From assembly GCA_963811165.1 (NCBI GenBank), contig CAWEQH010000008.1, positions 128,001-192,000 on the forward strand: DNA of 64,000 nt, written 5' to 3'. This document shows, piece by piece, positions 40,219 to 50,533 of the stretch; position 1 is the first letter of the stretch, and each line of letters begins with the position of its first letter. Under the pieces are notes generated by a model. It was not told the DNA's origin and did not search any database. It saw only the letters and a program-made list of their open reading frames with translations. The position numbers and the translations under genes were made by a program. Source of the stretch: an uncultured Nitrospiraceae bacterium (GTDB lineage Bacteria > Nitrospirota > Thermodesulfovibrionia > Thermodesulfovibrionales > UBA6898).

Positions 40219-41646
40219 TCAAACCTCCATGCCTAATAATCTGAGTCCCCTCCTGATGATACGGGTATGTCTCCACAGGGGAGGACGCAGTCCCAGCCCG
40301 TGGGCGATGCGGTGAATCGTCGGGAGAAATGGGATACTCAGCGAATCTGAATTCATAAAATTAAGATATTCGTTCATCGACTTTTTTATCTTCGTTTGCA
40401 TCCAGCGGTATTCAACATCAGGGGAGAGATAAAAGACCGGCTCAAGCATCTCAGCCGGTGGAAGCGACAAAATTCCCTGCTTTCTCGCGATGGATTCCAG
40501 CTCCGTCCCGGGGTAAATACGGATGCCCATGCCAAAAAAGGCAACATCCTGAGGACGTATCGAATTTTCTGCAAACCGCAGTGTCTCTTTCACTGTCTCT
40601 TCAGTTTCATTTGGCCCCCCCATCATGAATATCCAGACGCAGGGCAGTTTATGACGTCTGATGACCTCAGCTGCCTTATACACGTGCTCAGTCGTGAACC
40701 CCTTGCCGAGTCCCTTGAGGACCCTGTCGGATGCGCTTTCCACTGTTATGCCGATACCGGTGAAGCCGGCACGTTCCATTGAGGTGACGAGGGCGTCATC
40801 GATAAAGAGAGGATTCAACTCTAAACTCTGGAAAGATGCAGCCGGACGGACCCGGGCCAGCTTCTCACATACCGCAATGGCATGATCATGCGGAGCATTG
40901 AAGACGTTGTCAACGAACTCTATATTGCGCAGGCCTGCTGAGGTGAGTCTGGTGACTGCTTCTGCGACCTCTCCAGGGTCGCTCAGTCGATAATGGTTGC
41001 CCTCTATTTTCCTGTATGTGCAATATACGCACGCGAACTGACACCCGAGTTTTGTCTGGACCGGCACCGTAGAAAGTCTTTTCATGTATGCCCTTACGTC
41101 GATCCAGCGGGGAAGATCCGGCGAGCCGCATGAGCAGCCATTGCCTGATGAAGCCACAGGATTGGCATTGAACATCCCATCTCCTATCCACGCGACTCCA
41201 GGAAGGGTTTCGGGAGATATGTCCTGTGAAAGTTTTTCGAGAAGCAGCGGGAATACTTTTTCTCCGTCTCCGAGCACGGCCCATGAAGCACCGGTATACC
41301 GAAGAAGCGCCTCCGGCATGACGGGGACCGCCGCTCCACCGAGAACTATCGGCGCCTGCGTCATGGCCCGGATAGTTGCGATGAGGAAACGCAGATCCTT
41401 GATGAAGAAAACGGGGGACTGGATGTCATTATTATCAATATTCCTTACAGAAAGGCCCACGATGTCCGGAATACTTCGCTCTATCTCACTCCGGACCAGC
41501 TTCAAAGGGTCCCTCTCAAACATCAGGTCCAGGAACCGTACGTGATGTCCGGCGCGGGCTGCTGCATCTGCAACCATGCACGGGCCTATGGGAACAACAG
41601 GCATCGGGAATTGATTACGGTTTGTGCTTATGAGAAGTATATTCAT
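40219..41646 (-). CDS. B12-binding radical SAM protein
   Basis: N-terminal cobalamin-binding-like domain (GLSVRNID, VLGG), CQFACVYC, FVDNVFN. Confidence 0.9.
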   Translation of the reverse strand: MNILLISTNRNQFPMPVVPIGPCMVADAAARAGHHVRFLDLMFERDPLKLVRSEIERSIPDIVGLSVRNIDNNDIQSPVFFIKDLRFLIATIRAMTQAPIVLGGAAVPVMPEALLRYTGASWAVLGDGEKVFPLLLEKLSQDISPETLPGVAWIGDGMFNANPVASSGNGCSCGSPDLPRWIDVRAYMKRLSTVPVQTKLGCQFACVYCTYRKIEGNHYRLSDPGEVAEAVTRLTSAGLRNIEFVDNVFNAPHDHAIAVCEKLARVRPAASFQSLELNPLFIDDALVTSMERAGFTGIGITVESASDRVLKGLGKGFTTEHVYKAAEVIRRHKLPCVWIFMMGGPNETEETVKETLRFAENSIRPQDVAFFGMGIRIYPGTELESIARKQGILSLPPAEMLEPVFYLSPDVEYRWMQTKIKKSMNEYLNFMNSDSLSIPFLPTIHRIAHGLGLRPPLWRHTRIIRRGLRLLGMEV

Positions 41647-41887
41647 TTTTTGATTACTTTATAATACCCGATAAGACTGCGCTTTCACTAAAGAGGGGTA
41701 ATAATCAGACGAATTCTCAAAAAATTCTCTTGTCGTTCGCATGCACCTGAAGGGTACTCGTGCACTTCTCGACCAAAGAACATTTACGAGACTGTACCTT
41801 GACAGCCGCATCTTTCTGAATGAAGATAGAACCAAAGAGGGAAGATCCTCATAACATTCTATCTTTAGCTGTGAGAAAGACAGGAGA

Positions 41888-42286
41888 GTGACTATGGAAA
41901 AGAGGTCTAAAGGGCTTACTGCGATTTGCATAGGACTTTTGCTGATGAGCATGGCATGTGCCGGTCAACAGCCGCTTGTGACGTTAGGACCGGCAAAAGG
42001 CGAAGTCGTCCTTGATATGAAGGCCAGTGATTTCAAATTCGAACCGAACAACATCAAGGCATTCAAGGGAGATGTTATAGTGTTTCGGATCGAGAACACT
42101 TCAGGTTCAGGACATAATTTTACTGTAAAAAATCCCCAAGGAAGTGTCTTGCAAAGCGTGGCACTGCCGCCAAAGGAGACGGTGGAGATCAGGATCGCAC
42201 TTTCCCAAACGGGGATCTATGAGTTCTATTGCGATAAACCGTTTCATTCAGGCTTTGGCATGAAAGGCCGCGTTGAGGTGAATTAA
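41888..42286 (+). CDS. cupredoxin-domain lipoprotein
   Basis: Lipobox-like MAC, HNF, FYCDKPFH..GMKG. Confidence 0.85.
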   Translation: MTMEKRSKGLTAICIGLLLMSMACAGQQPLVTLGPAKGEVVLDMKASDFKFEPNNIKAFKGDVIVFRIENTSGSGHNFTVKNPQGSVLQSVALPPKETVEIRIALSQTGIYEFYCDKPFHSGFGMKGRVEVN

Positions 42287-42287
42287 A

Positions 42288-42914
42288 GGCCACAACTCCG
42301 CGTCGGGACTTCGAATTACAATTTCCTTCACTCAGGAGTCTTGGCAACGGGGCAAGTATTTTCGTTTACCTTTACCCAGCCCGGGACATACTCTTACTTC
42401 TGTTCGATCCATTGTTTCACCGGGACCGTCTTCGTGAACGCCGCCATTATACCCGCACCGGTCGGACGGACTTCTCTTTTTTCTCCCCGGTCGCTACGCC
42501 GGCGTTGGGGTCCAGTAACAGCACTTCGATGCCGATAGGGATCGGTGCGCTGGCCAGTGGCGGCAATACCCTGACCATAGCAATAGACTTGGGCCCCTAG
42601 CGGTCCCCGTGGATGTGTACGCTGCCTTCATTGTCTCAACCAATCCGCTGAACGTAGTGAATATACGTCCGGATCTGACTTTTGAAAACATTACCTTCAG
42701 TGAGGTCGCCCAGGCTCTTTCAACAGGTGTGGTGCCGGCTGGGGTGGTGCCCTGGATGTCTAATATGAGTACCGAGATCAATACCACCCTTTTTTCAAAT
42801 GTCCCTGTCTCGAACATAGCTCCGGGGCAGTATACGGCCTATCTGCTGGTCACTCCCCACGGCGGCAATTTTGCAACCTTTGATCTCTACACGACGATCT
42901 TCACGATTCCATGA
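42288..42914 (+). pseudogene. fragmented plastocyanin-like gene with C-terminal accessory domain
   Basis: FTQPGTYSYFCSIH fragment; frameshifts near 42470 and 42600; no N-terminus. Confidence 0.65.
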
Positions 42915-43070
42915 GCCGATAGCATGGGTTCCGCGTGGTGGGCCTGCCCGCTCACCACGCGTTTCAGGAGTGCCGGGGGAGGCGCTTGATTTTCCGGGCG
43001 CTCTGGGCCGGCCTTCCATTGTGTGCGCTGCATTTGACTGTAACCGCTTCAAGCGATTATCATATTTTCC

Positions 43071-44324
43071 ATGCTTGCACCTGAAAAACAACTGGAGATT
43101 ATCAAGAGGGGCGCGGTCGAGATAATCAATGAAAAGGAACTGCTTGAAAAAATCGAACGGTCCTATAAAGAAAATAAGCCGCTCAGGATAAAGGCGGGCT
43201 TCGATCCTACGGCGCCGGACATCCACCTCGGCCATACCGTGCTCCTCGAAAAGATGCGCCAGTTCCAGGACCTCGGGCATGAGGTGATCTTTCTCATCGG
43301 CGACTTTACCGGCATGATAGGGGACCCTACCGGAAAGAGCGAGACGAGAAAGCCCCTCACGAAGGAAGAGGTGCTCAAAAACGCCGAGACGTATAAGACA
43401 CAGGTATTCAAGGTGCTCGACCCGGTGAGGACGCAGATACGTTTCAATAGCGAATGGCTCGGCAAGATGGACAGCATGGAGATCGTCAGGCTCGGCGCGA
43501 TGCAGACTGTCGCAAGGATGCTTGAAAGGGACGATTTCAAAAAGAGGTTCAGGAGCCAGCAGGACATCAGCATACTGGAATTCTACTACCCTCTTTTTCA
43601 GGCCTATGACTCTGTAGCCCTCCGGGCCGACGTGGAGCTTGGAGGCACTGACCAGAAATTCAACCTCCTTATGGGCAGGACCGTGCAGAGGAAGATGGAC
43701 ACCGAGGAGCAGGTCGTCCTTATGATGCCGCTTCTTGAGGGCCTCGACGGGGTAAACAAAATGTCAAAGAGCCTCGGCAACTATATCGGCATAGATGAGC
43801 CTGCGGTCGAATTCATAAACGGAGAATTGACCGGGATGTTCAAGAAGGTAATGAGCGTGCCCGATGAGCTCATCGAGCGCTATTATGAACTTCTGAGCAG
43901 GATTTCCGTGGAAGAATTCTCCTTGCTCCGGCAGATGCTGAAAAGCAGGGAGAAAGACCCCCGGGACGCTAAAAAGGAACTTGCAATGGAGATAGTTACC
44001 AGGTATCACGGGCCTGAAGAGGCCGAGAGGGCTCTGAAGGAATATGAGAAATTGCAGACCAAGGAAATACCGGATGATATCCCGGAAATAGTACTCTCAA
44101 TCTCCAATGCGGACGAGGAAGAGAAAAAGAGAATCAGCCGGCTGGCCCATATAATGAAGGAGACCGGCCTGGCCAAAAGCACGAGTGAAGCGATCAGGCT
44201 TATGAAACAAGGCGGAGTAAAGATAAACAATGCCGTCGTCACCGATCCCGAAATGAAACTTTCTCCTGGCGAGCATATTATTAAAGTCGGCAAGAGAAGG
44301 TTTTATAAGGTAATTATAAAATAG
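43071..44324 (+). CDS. tyrS: tyrosine--tRNA ligase
   Basis: [24 protein letters not shown]4 domain. Confidence 0.97.
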   Translation: MLAPEKQLEIIKRGAVEIINEKELLEKIERSYKENKPLRIKAGFDPTAPDIHLGHTVLLEKMRQFQDLGHEVIFLIGDFTGMIGDPTGKSETRKPLTKEEVLKNAETYKTQVFKVLDPVRTQIRFNSEWLGKMDSMEIVRLGAMQTVARMLERDDFKKRFRSQQDISILEFYYPLFQAYDSVALRADVELGGTDQKFNLLMGRTVQRKMDTEEQVVLMMPLLEGLDGVNKMSKSLGNYIGIDEPAVEFINGELTGMFKKVMSVPDELIERYYELLSRISVEEFSLLRQMLKSREKDPRDAKKELAMEIVTRYHGPEEAERALKEYEKLQTKEIPDDIPEIVLSISNADEEEKKRISRLAHIMKETGLAKSTSEAIRLMKQGGVKINNAVVTDPEMKLSPGEHIIKVGKRRFYKVIIK

Positions 44325-44347
44325 CCTGTTCTCTGATATAATGCATC

Positions 44348-45052
44348 ATGACGGTGCCTTATGAGATCATCTTTAAACTCCTGCTCGGCACTCTTCTTGG
44401 CGGCATTATAGGGTTTGAACGCCAAACCCATGGAAGGGCCGCCGGCTTCAGGACCCAGCTCCTTGTCTGTGTCGCCTGCGTTTTGATAATGATTATCTCC
44501 GAAAGTTATTATGCAAAAAGTGCCGTAAACCCCGAATATACCAGGATCGACCCGACGAGGATCGCGGCAGGTGCGATGACCGGAGTAGGCTTTCTCGGTG
44601 CGGGGGTAATACTTAAGACCGGACTTTCGATACAGGGTCTTACGACCGCGGCATGCATATGGATAGTCTCAGCTATCGGGCTTGCCATCGGCGCAGGGCA
44701 GTATCTTGCCGGCATCGCGGGTTTCGTAATCACATTCTTTTCTCTCTGGGGCCTTCGCATCATGGAGGTGAGGATGCCGCGACTTACTTACCGGTATATT
44801 ACTATGGTGACCGATCAGTCAGCCGATGTGAAGGCGGTGACCTCACCTTTTGAAAAGAGAGGTTTTGAGATAGTGAAGATGGACTACGCGATAGAGTTCT
44901 TCGAAAAAGAGAAGAAGTTTATCTTTACCGTGTCGACCAAAAACGATATCTCGATAAACGAGGTCACTAGACGATGTCTCAGGATTGAGCGGCATAAAGA
45001 GGATCGAAATCAAGAGCTGATCTTTAGTATGTTCCCCTTTTGGAAATCATAA
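44348..45052 (+). CDS. MgtC/SapB family protein (probable late frameshift; natural end likely TGA 45020)
   Basis: IGFERQ, AGFRT, GFLGAG, GLTTAA; alternate frame gives LDDVSGLSGIKRIEIKS*. Confidence 0.85.
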   Translation: MTVPYEIIFKLLLGTLLGGIIGFERQTHGRAAGFRTQLLVCVACVLIMIISESYYAKSAVNPEYTRIDPTRIAAGAMTGVGFLGAGVILKTGLSIQGLTTAACIWIVSAIGLAIGAGQYLAGIAGFVITFFSLWGLRIMEVRMPRLTYRYITMVTDQSADVKAVTSPFEKRGFEIVKMDYAIEFFEKEKKFIFTVSTKNDISINEVTRRCLRIERHKEDRNQELIFSMFPFWKS

Positions 45053-45108
45053 CTCCCCTTAACCCCCTCCTATCTTAAGAGGGGAAAGGCGGAGCCTGGG
45101 GGCGTTAT
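45049..45108. repeat. REP-like hairpin element between convergent genes
   Basis: ATAACTCCCC...CCCCTC-CTATCTTAA-GAGGGG...GGGGGCGTTAT. Confidence 0.6.
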
Positions 45109-45653
45109 TTTATAGCCGCTTTTGCAAGTTCGATAAGCCCGTATATCTTGATGTCGATGTAATCGCCTGCTTCCTGCCTTGACCGAAGCTCCGGAAGCAG
45201 ACGGTCCAGGTGGACTTTTATTACCTCGATCTCTTCTGTTTCGTCCCGTTTCCCGATGCCGACATATCTGAGACCTGTAGCCGCGAAGGCCGTAAGCATT
45301 TCCGATGAGAGTCCCGATGAAAGCGGTCCCTCGTTCAGGAAGGACAGCTTTTCCGCGGAATAGCCCGTCTCTTCAATAAGCTCCCTTCGCGCCGCATCTT
45401 CAAGCGTCTCGCCGGGGTCGCAGAGTCCGGCCGGCAGTTCGATTACATACCCATTGACGGGCGGCCGGAACTGGCGGATTACTATCACCTCCCCATCGTC
45501 GGTGAAAGGAACGATTCCTACTATGCCGTCACAGCCTACCCGTTCTACCGCTTCCCACTCACGTGACGTCCTGCCCGACCTGTCAAGATATCGGACCTGG
45601 ACGGCCCTGAGGAACTTCCCTTCCCAAAGGATGGTTTTTCCGGTCACCTTCAC
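45105..45653 (-). CDS. NUDIX hydrolase (ADP-ribose pyrophosphatase-like)
   Basis: ELPAGLCDPGE...AARRELIEETG, QFRPP. Confidence 0.9.
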   Translation of the reverse strand: MKVTGKTILWEGKFLRAVQVRYLDRSGRTSREWEAVERVGCDGIVGIVPFTDDGEVIVIRQFRPPVNGYVIELPAGLCDPGETLEDAARRELIEETGYSAEKLSFLNEGPLSSGLSSEMLTAFAATGLRYVGIGKRDETEEIEVIKVHLDRLLPELRSRQEAGDYIDIKIYGLIELAKAAIK

Positions 45654-45666
45654 TGCCTACGACCCT

Positions 45667-46617
45667 TTAACAAAGGCTGAGCGCCTTCTTAAAAAGGCCG
45701 TCCATAGCCGCGGTCTCGTCCGCAATTTTTATCAGAAGAGCGGCCAATTCTTTCTTACCCAGAGACTCCGCCTTTCTTGCCCAGTCCCGGTATGTCTTTT
45801 CGTGCTCCGTGTTGTGCTCTGCCCAGTGTTCGATCAGATGATGCAGTTTTGTTATTTCATCCATAGCTCCTCCTAACGATATATTTCTTTTTTGGAATGA
45901 CAACGGCAGCTCAAGGTTGTTTTCTTCAAGGAGCTGCCTGTTTGACAGAAGTTCCTCTGCAGGCCCGTCGGCAATGACTTTCCCTGCTTGGATGATAACG
46001 CACCGCTTGCAGACATCCAAAATGAGATCGAGGTCATGCGAAGCGATTATTTTTGTATGGTGAAAATGCCTCAGCAGATTGATCAGTGCCCTCCTCGACT
46101 TAGGGTCAAGATGGGAGGCGGGTTCGTCCATCACGAGGATGTCGGGCTGCATGGCAATGACCGAAGCGATGGCAACAGCGCTTTTTTGCCCCCCCGAGAG
46201 ATGATGCGGCGGCTTGTCCCTGAGACCGAGGCAGCCTACGGTTTCGAGCGCCTCGTCGACGCATTCCCTGGCCCTTTCTGGGCTGAGACCGAGATTGAGC
46301 GGGCCGAAGGCTACATCGTCGAAGACCGTCGGCATGAATAACTGGTCATCGGGGTTTTGGAATATAAGGCCCACCTTTTTCCTGATTTCCTGCCTGGTTT
46401 TCTTATCCAGCCTCAGGTCCCCGATCGTGATACTGCCGCGTTGGGGCAGCAGGAAACCGTTGGTATGCATGAGGAGGGTTGATTTGCCCGAGCCGTTTGC
46501 GCCGACTATGCCCACGGACTCGCCGTGGGTAACCCGCAGGGACAGGCCATCAAGCGCCTTTGTCCCGTCGGGGTATCGGTACTGCACGTCCCGGAATTCG
46601 ACGATATGGTGGCTCAT
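45667..46617 (-). CDS. cbiO: Co/Ni ECF ATPase CbiO/NikO with fused His-rich C-terminal domain
   Basis: GANGSGKS, FQNPDDQLF, LSGGQ; tail LHHLIEHWAEHNTEH. Confidence 0.88.
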   Translation of the reverse strand: MSHHIVEFRDVQYRYPDGTKALDGLSLRVTHGESVGIVGANGSGKSTLLMHTNGFLLPQRGSITIGDLRLDKKTRQEIRKKVGLIFQNPDDQLFMPTVFDDVAFGPLNLGLSPERARECVDEALETVGCLGLRDKPPHHLSGGQKSAVAIASVIAMQPDILVMDEPASHLDPKSRRALINLLRHFHHTKIIASHDLDLILDVCKRCVIIQAGKVIADGPAEELLSNRQLLEENNLELPLSFQKRNISLGGAMDEITKLHHLIEHWAEHNTEHEKTYRDWARKAESLGKKELAALLIKIADETAAMDGLFKKALSLC

Positions 46618-46624
46618 GAATTTC

Positions 46625-47428
46625 TCAAAACACCCTTATTGAAAGTCTTTCTATCGCTCCTACCACATCATGTGCCCTGAATAGATACAGCACCGCGATC
46701 GTCGCCAAAAGAAAAGCGGCATCAGAGCCGGAGAATCCCTGCTGCTTTGCGGTATGAAGCGGGCCGGTGAATCCCCTGGACAGCATCGCCAGGTAGACCC
46801 GTTCGGCCCGTTCGATAGTCCTCAGGAAAAGTGTCCCGACGAGACTGACAAATGTCTTCATCCCCTTCCCCTTGTTTCCGAAGGAGCGCATGTCACGCGC
46901 TCTCACTGTCTTCATGGCCTCTTCCACCAGCACGAAGATGTAGCGGTAAAGAAACAGGAGCTGGGCCACGAATATATCCGGCAAGCCGAGTTTCTGGAGT
47001 CCATGGCATACACCGGGGAATGATGTGGTGGCGATGAGCAGCAAGGCGGAGGTAATCGTGAGGAAGAATTTCAGCATGATCGAAAGGAATGAGACCCATC
47101 CTCCCGAGATGGTGAACCCGGAGAAGGCATAGAAGGCGTGGCGGTCGAGCAAAGGGTTGAAGATCCCTACGAAGAAGGCGAACGATGATACAAGGAACAC
47201 CTTTTTAAGGATGAATCGAACGGGGATGTCTGCAAGCGCAAAAAGAAGGACGGGAAAGAGAAAAAAAGGCAGCAAGCCGGAGATCTCGTACTTGGGAAAA
47301 GAGACAACTGTTACGATAAATGCGAAAGTCGCCAGCAGTTTTGTTCTTGGGTCGAGTCTATGGATTAGCGTGTCTTTAGATGATAATGTGTCGAGATAGC
47401 CCAGGTTGAAATATTCGTTTTCAAACAT
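46625..47428 (-). CDS. cbiQ: Co/Ni ECF T component CbiQ/NikQ
   Basis: HRLDPRTK, YRYI, ERAERVYLAMLSRGF. Confidence 0.9.
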   Translation of the reverse strand: MFENEYFNLGYLDTLSSKDTLIHRLDPRTKLLATFAFIVTVVSFPKYEISGLLPFFLFPVLLFALADIPVRFILKKVFLVSSFAFFVGIFNPLLDRHAFYAFSGFTISGGWVSFLSIMLKFFLTITSALLLIATTSFPGVCHGLQKLGLPDIFVAQLLFLYRYIFVLVEEAMKTVRARDMRSFGNKGKGMKTFVSLVGTLFLRTIERAERVYLAMLSRGFTGPLHTAKQQGFSGSDAAFLLATIAVLYLFRAHDVVGAIERLSIRVF

Positions 47429-47514
47429 GTCAATATTGTACCTGCAAAAGAGATGTCCTCACAAAGAGTTCAGTTTTCTTATTAATCGTCTCGTGATGGG
47501 AAAGACATTATCCA

Positions 47515-47620
47515 AAAATCTCCCCACCCCCTCTTTGCTAAAGAGGGGCATAATTCCTCCCTTTTTCTCCCCGGCGGACCCACCCGTGTGCGGGGGCAAA
47601 GGGAGGGCAGGAGGGATTTT
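47515..47620. repeat. inverted pair of REP-like hairpins, second interrupted by a 30-nt insert
   Basis: AAAATC..CCCCTCTTTGCTAAAGAGGGG / CCTCCCTTT[insert]GGCAAAGGGAGG..GATTTT. Confidence 0.75.
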
Positions 47621-47655
47621 ATAAATTAATGTCCGCAAATAATCAGTGGTAGGGA

Positions 47656-48705
47656 TCATTTCGCCTGTTGTGCCGCCTTCCTTCTAAGCCCCCGGATTAC
47701 CAATCCTATGAGAAGGACGGCAGCTAATACTATGGCGGAGCCGACAATTCCTGACACTGACTTGCCGGGGTTAGGCGCAGGCCAGGAGGGCCCTGCCTTT
47801 CCTTCTTCAGCTCCTTCAGGTTTCTTAAAGCCATAGTCAGGCAGGAAGACCGCTTTATTCTGGACTGACTTCAGCGCCGACGCTATCGCGCTCACCTTTT
47901 CCGGAAGCTCCGGTTTTCCGAAGATCTCTTTTATCGACCATTCAAGGCCGTCTGGGTTGGAAGATGCAAGCCATGAAAGCGCCCCGCCGGTGAGCAAAGC
48001 AGCAACCAACAAAGCGACAAAGACCTTTTTGATCGAAACATGAGCGGAAAGCCGATGTTCGGCCGTAACGCCTTCGAGTATCTCAGGCCGTGCAGCCCTG
48101 ACGAAATTGATCACCCCTGCCGTCACAAAGCCTTCGACAAGACCGATGCCAAGATGGATGGGCTGCATCAAAAGGAGAAAGGTGCTGAAAGGAAGCTCGC
48201 TTCTGCCCGACAGCAACGTTTCGATAACTACGGAGAAAGCCCCTAACTGGAGTCCGACCACGCCGCTTATTACGGCAGCTATCGTAATCCTTTTTGGGGT
48301 AATTTCCGACCCGACTAACGGTTTGTAAATTAGAGGATAGGCGATGAAACAAGGGTATATGCCAAGGTTCCATATGTTGCAGCCTAGCGCAAGGAGCCCT
48401 CCGTCGGCAAAAAAGAATGCCTGGACGGTCAGTACCGAGGCCATGACGAGAAAAGCGGCATACGGCCCTAAAATGACCGCGAGAATAATTCCCCCGCCAA
48501 GGTGGCCGCTTGATCCTGTGCCGGGAATCGTGAAATTAATCATCTGTGCGGCGAAGATGAAAGCGCCTAAAACCCCCATGAGGGGTATCAGCTTCTCATC
48601 CATAGTCTCTTTTAGTTTTTTCGAGCAGTACGAGATAGCCCCCAGCGTGCCTGCCCAAAATGTGGCTCCGACCGCCGGTGAGAGTAACGCATCAGCCATG
48701 TGCAT
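47656..48705 (-). CDS. cbiM: Co/Ni ECF S component CbiM/NikM fused to a PDGLE (N) domain
   Basis: MHMAD N-terminus, GSSGH, DGGLLALG, PDGLE. Confidence 0.9.
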   Translation of the reverse strand: MHMADALLSPAVGATFWAGTLGAISYCSKKLKETMDEKLIPLMGVLGAFIFAAQMINFTIPGTGSSGHLGGGIILAVILGPYAAFLVMASVLTVQAFFFADGGLLALGCNIWNLGIYPCFIAYPLIYKPLVGSEITPKRITIAAVISGVVGLQLGAFSVVIETLLSGRSELPFSTFLLLMQPIHLGIGLVEGFVTAGVINFVRAARPEILEGVTAEHRLSAHVSIKKVFVALLVAALLTGGALSWLASSNPDGLEWSIKEIFGKPELPEKVSAIASALKSVQNKAVFLPDYGFKKPEGAEEGKAGPSWPAPNPGKSVSGIVGSAIVLAAVLLIGLVIRGLRRKAAQQAK

Positions 48706-48750
48706 GTATTCTCCTATCCGCTGCAAACTGCAACTTCTTGTTTTGGAAAT

Positions 48751-48812
48751 AAAAAAGCCACCAAGGCATTATCGAATAGGACCTGCGGTCCTTTTTCGAG
48801 CCTTCGTGGCTT
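48751..48812 (-). promoter_or_regulatory. long leader hairpin with U-tract (attenuator-like) upstream of cbiM
   Basis: AAGCCACGAAGGC...GCCTTGGTGGCTTTTTT on the minus strand. Confidence 0.55.
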
Positions 48813-48993
48813 CGATATTCCAGTAACATCCTAGCATAACGGGAACGATTATTCAAATTTCAGGGGAGTGTACTGTTTTTAAGTTAGGACACTCCCAATT
48901 TCAGGCGCTTCTGGGCTGTCTGCAGATTCGGCCAATTAAAAGAGTGGTTTATGTTAAAATATTTGGTAACCTCTCAAAAGAGAAATTACACGA

Positions 48994-50508
48994 TTGGACA
49001 ATCATATAAATAAAAGGATGCGCGGAAAGACCCGGAGGGCCGGGCCGCATTCTATTACTCCGGGAAGATGCCCCTGCCGTCCTCTCAATGAAGAACACGA
49101 CGGGATATTTGCGGACAAACTTCATGAGGAATGCGGGGTCTTCGGTATTTTCGGCCATCCCGAGGCGGCAAATCTCACGTATCTCGGATTATACGCGCTT
49201 CAGCACAGGGGACAGGAGAGCGCGGGGATATGTTCCGCCGACGGCAAGCAGATGTTTGTGGAGAAGGCGATGGGCCTTGTGGCGGACATATTCAGTGAAA
49301 AGAGACTGAAAAAACTCCCCGGGCATATGGCAATCGGCCATAACCGGTATTCAACAGCCGGCAGCAGTATCCTTAAAAACGTCCAGCCGATCGTCGCAAA
49401 TTTTTCCCTCGGCATGCTGGCACTTGCGCATAACGGCAACCTTGTGAATGCCACCGAACTCAGAAAGACCCTTGAAGAAGAGGGTGCGATCTTTCAGTCC
49501 ACCTCCGACAGCGAAGTAATCGTCCATCTTATCGCGCATTCCAAAGGCGAGAGCTTTTATGAGAGGGTCATCCAGGCGTTGAAGGCGGTCAGCGGCGCCT
49601 TCAGTCTCCTTATCCTCAGGGAAAATGAGCTTATTGCCGCCAGAGACAGCTATGGCGTGAGACCTCTTTGTCTCGGCCAGGTCGATGGGGCTTATGTCGT
49701 TGCATCTGAGACCTGCGCACTCGACCTGATCAGCGCAAAGTATGTGCGCGACATCGAGCCAGGCGAGGTCGTCATTATAAACGAAAAAGGTATTACGTCC
49801 CTTAAGGCCCTGCCGAGCACCGAAAAGGCATTCTGCATCTTCGAGTTTATTTATTTTTCGAGGCCCGACAGCAATATATTCGGCGGGCAGAACGTAAACG
49901 GCATAAGGAAGGAATTCGGGAGGCAGCTTGCGAGGGAATCGAAGGTTGAAGCCGACCTTGTGATCCCGGTCCCGGACTCGGGCGTGCCCGCAGCCCTGGG
50001 GTTTTCCGAGGAGAGCGGGATCCCCTTTGATTTCGGTCTCATCAGAAACCATTATATCGGCAGGACCTTTATCGAGCCGAAGCAGAGCATCAGGCATTTC
50101 GGGGTGAAGATAAAACTGAACCCCGTAAGGAAGCTTATCGAGGGGAAAAGGATCGTCGTCATCGACGATTCGATAGTCAGGGGGACGACGAGCAAAAAGA
50201 TCGTCAAGATGCTCAGGGAAAACGGGGGTGCGGCTGAGGTCCATCTGAGGATAAGTTCTCCTCCCACCATCATGCCTTGTTTTTACGGGATCGATACGCC
50301 TACACGCCAGGAGCTGATCGCCTCGAGCCACGATGTCGAGGAGATAAAGAAATATGTGACCGCTGATTCTCTGGCGTACCTGAGCATAGAGGGGCTTCTC
50401 CAAATAGTCCCTGATTCGCAGAACTACTGTACCGCCTGTTTTGACAACGTCTACCCGATCAGTTTCCCGGGGGAACACCTGGAGCAACTGGAGTTCTTTT
50501 TTAAATAA
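48994..50508 (+). CDS. purF: amidophosphoribosyltransferase (start uncertain)
   Basis: [21 protein letters not shown]. Confidence 0.96.
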   Translation: MDNHINKRMRGKTRRAGPHSITPGRCPCRPLNEEHDGIFADKLHEECGVFGIFGHPEAANLTYLGLYALQHRGQESAGICSADGKQMFVEKAMGLVADIFSEKRLKKLPGHMAIGHNRYSTAGSSILKNVQPIVANFSLGMLALAHNGNLVNATELRKTLEEEGAIFQSTSDSEVIVHLIAHSKGESFYERVIQALKAVSGAFSLLILRENELIAARDSYGVRPLCLGQVDGAYVVASETCALDLISAKYVRDIEPGEVVIINEKGITSLKALPSTEKAFCIFEFIYFSRPDSNIFGGQNVNGIRKEFGRQLARESKVEADLVIPVPDSGVPAALGFSEESGIPFDFGLIRNHYIGRTFIEPKQSIRHFGVKIKLNPVRKLIEGKRIVVIDDSIVRGTTSKKIVKMLRENGGAAEVHLRISSPPTIMPCFYGIDTPTRQELIASSHDVEEIKKYVTADSLAYLSIEGLLQIVPDSQNYCTACFDNVYPISFPGEHLEQLEFFFK

Positions 50509-50533
50509 AAAGGGCAGGTGCCTTCACACCTGA

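Noticed and set aside
30037..48705. hgcA, B12 radical SAM and cbiMQO as one cobalamin-linked cluster
   Set aside because: Separated by housekeeping genes (rsmA, pdxA, tyrS); proximity may be chance
48730..48990. Cobalamin riboswitch before cbiM
   Set aside because: No recognisable B12-box or GCCACTG core on the minus strand
49351..50487. Long antisense ORFs (also 9870-10625, 39281-40069, 50968-51648, 60390-61073)
   Set aside because: Shadows of well-supported genes on the opposite strand
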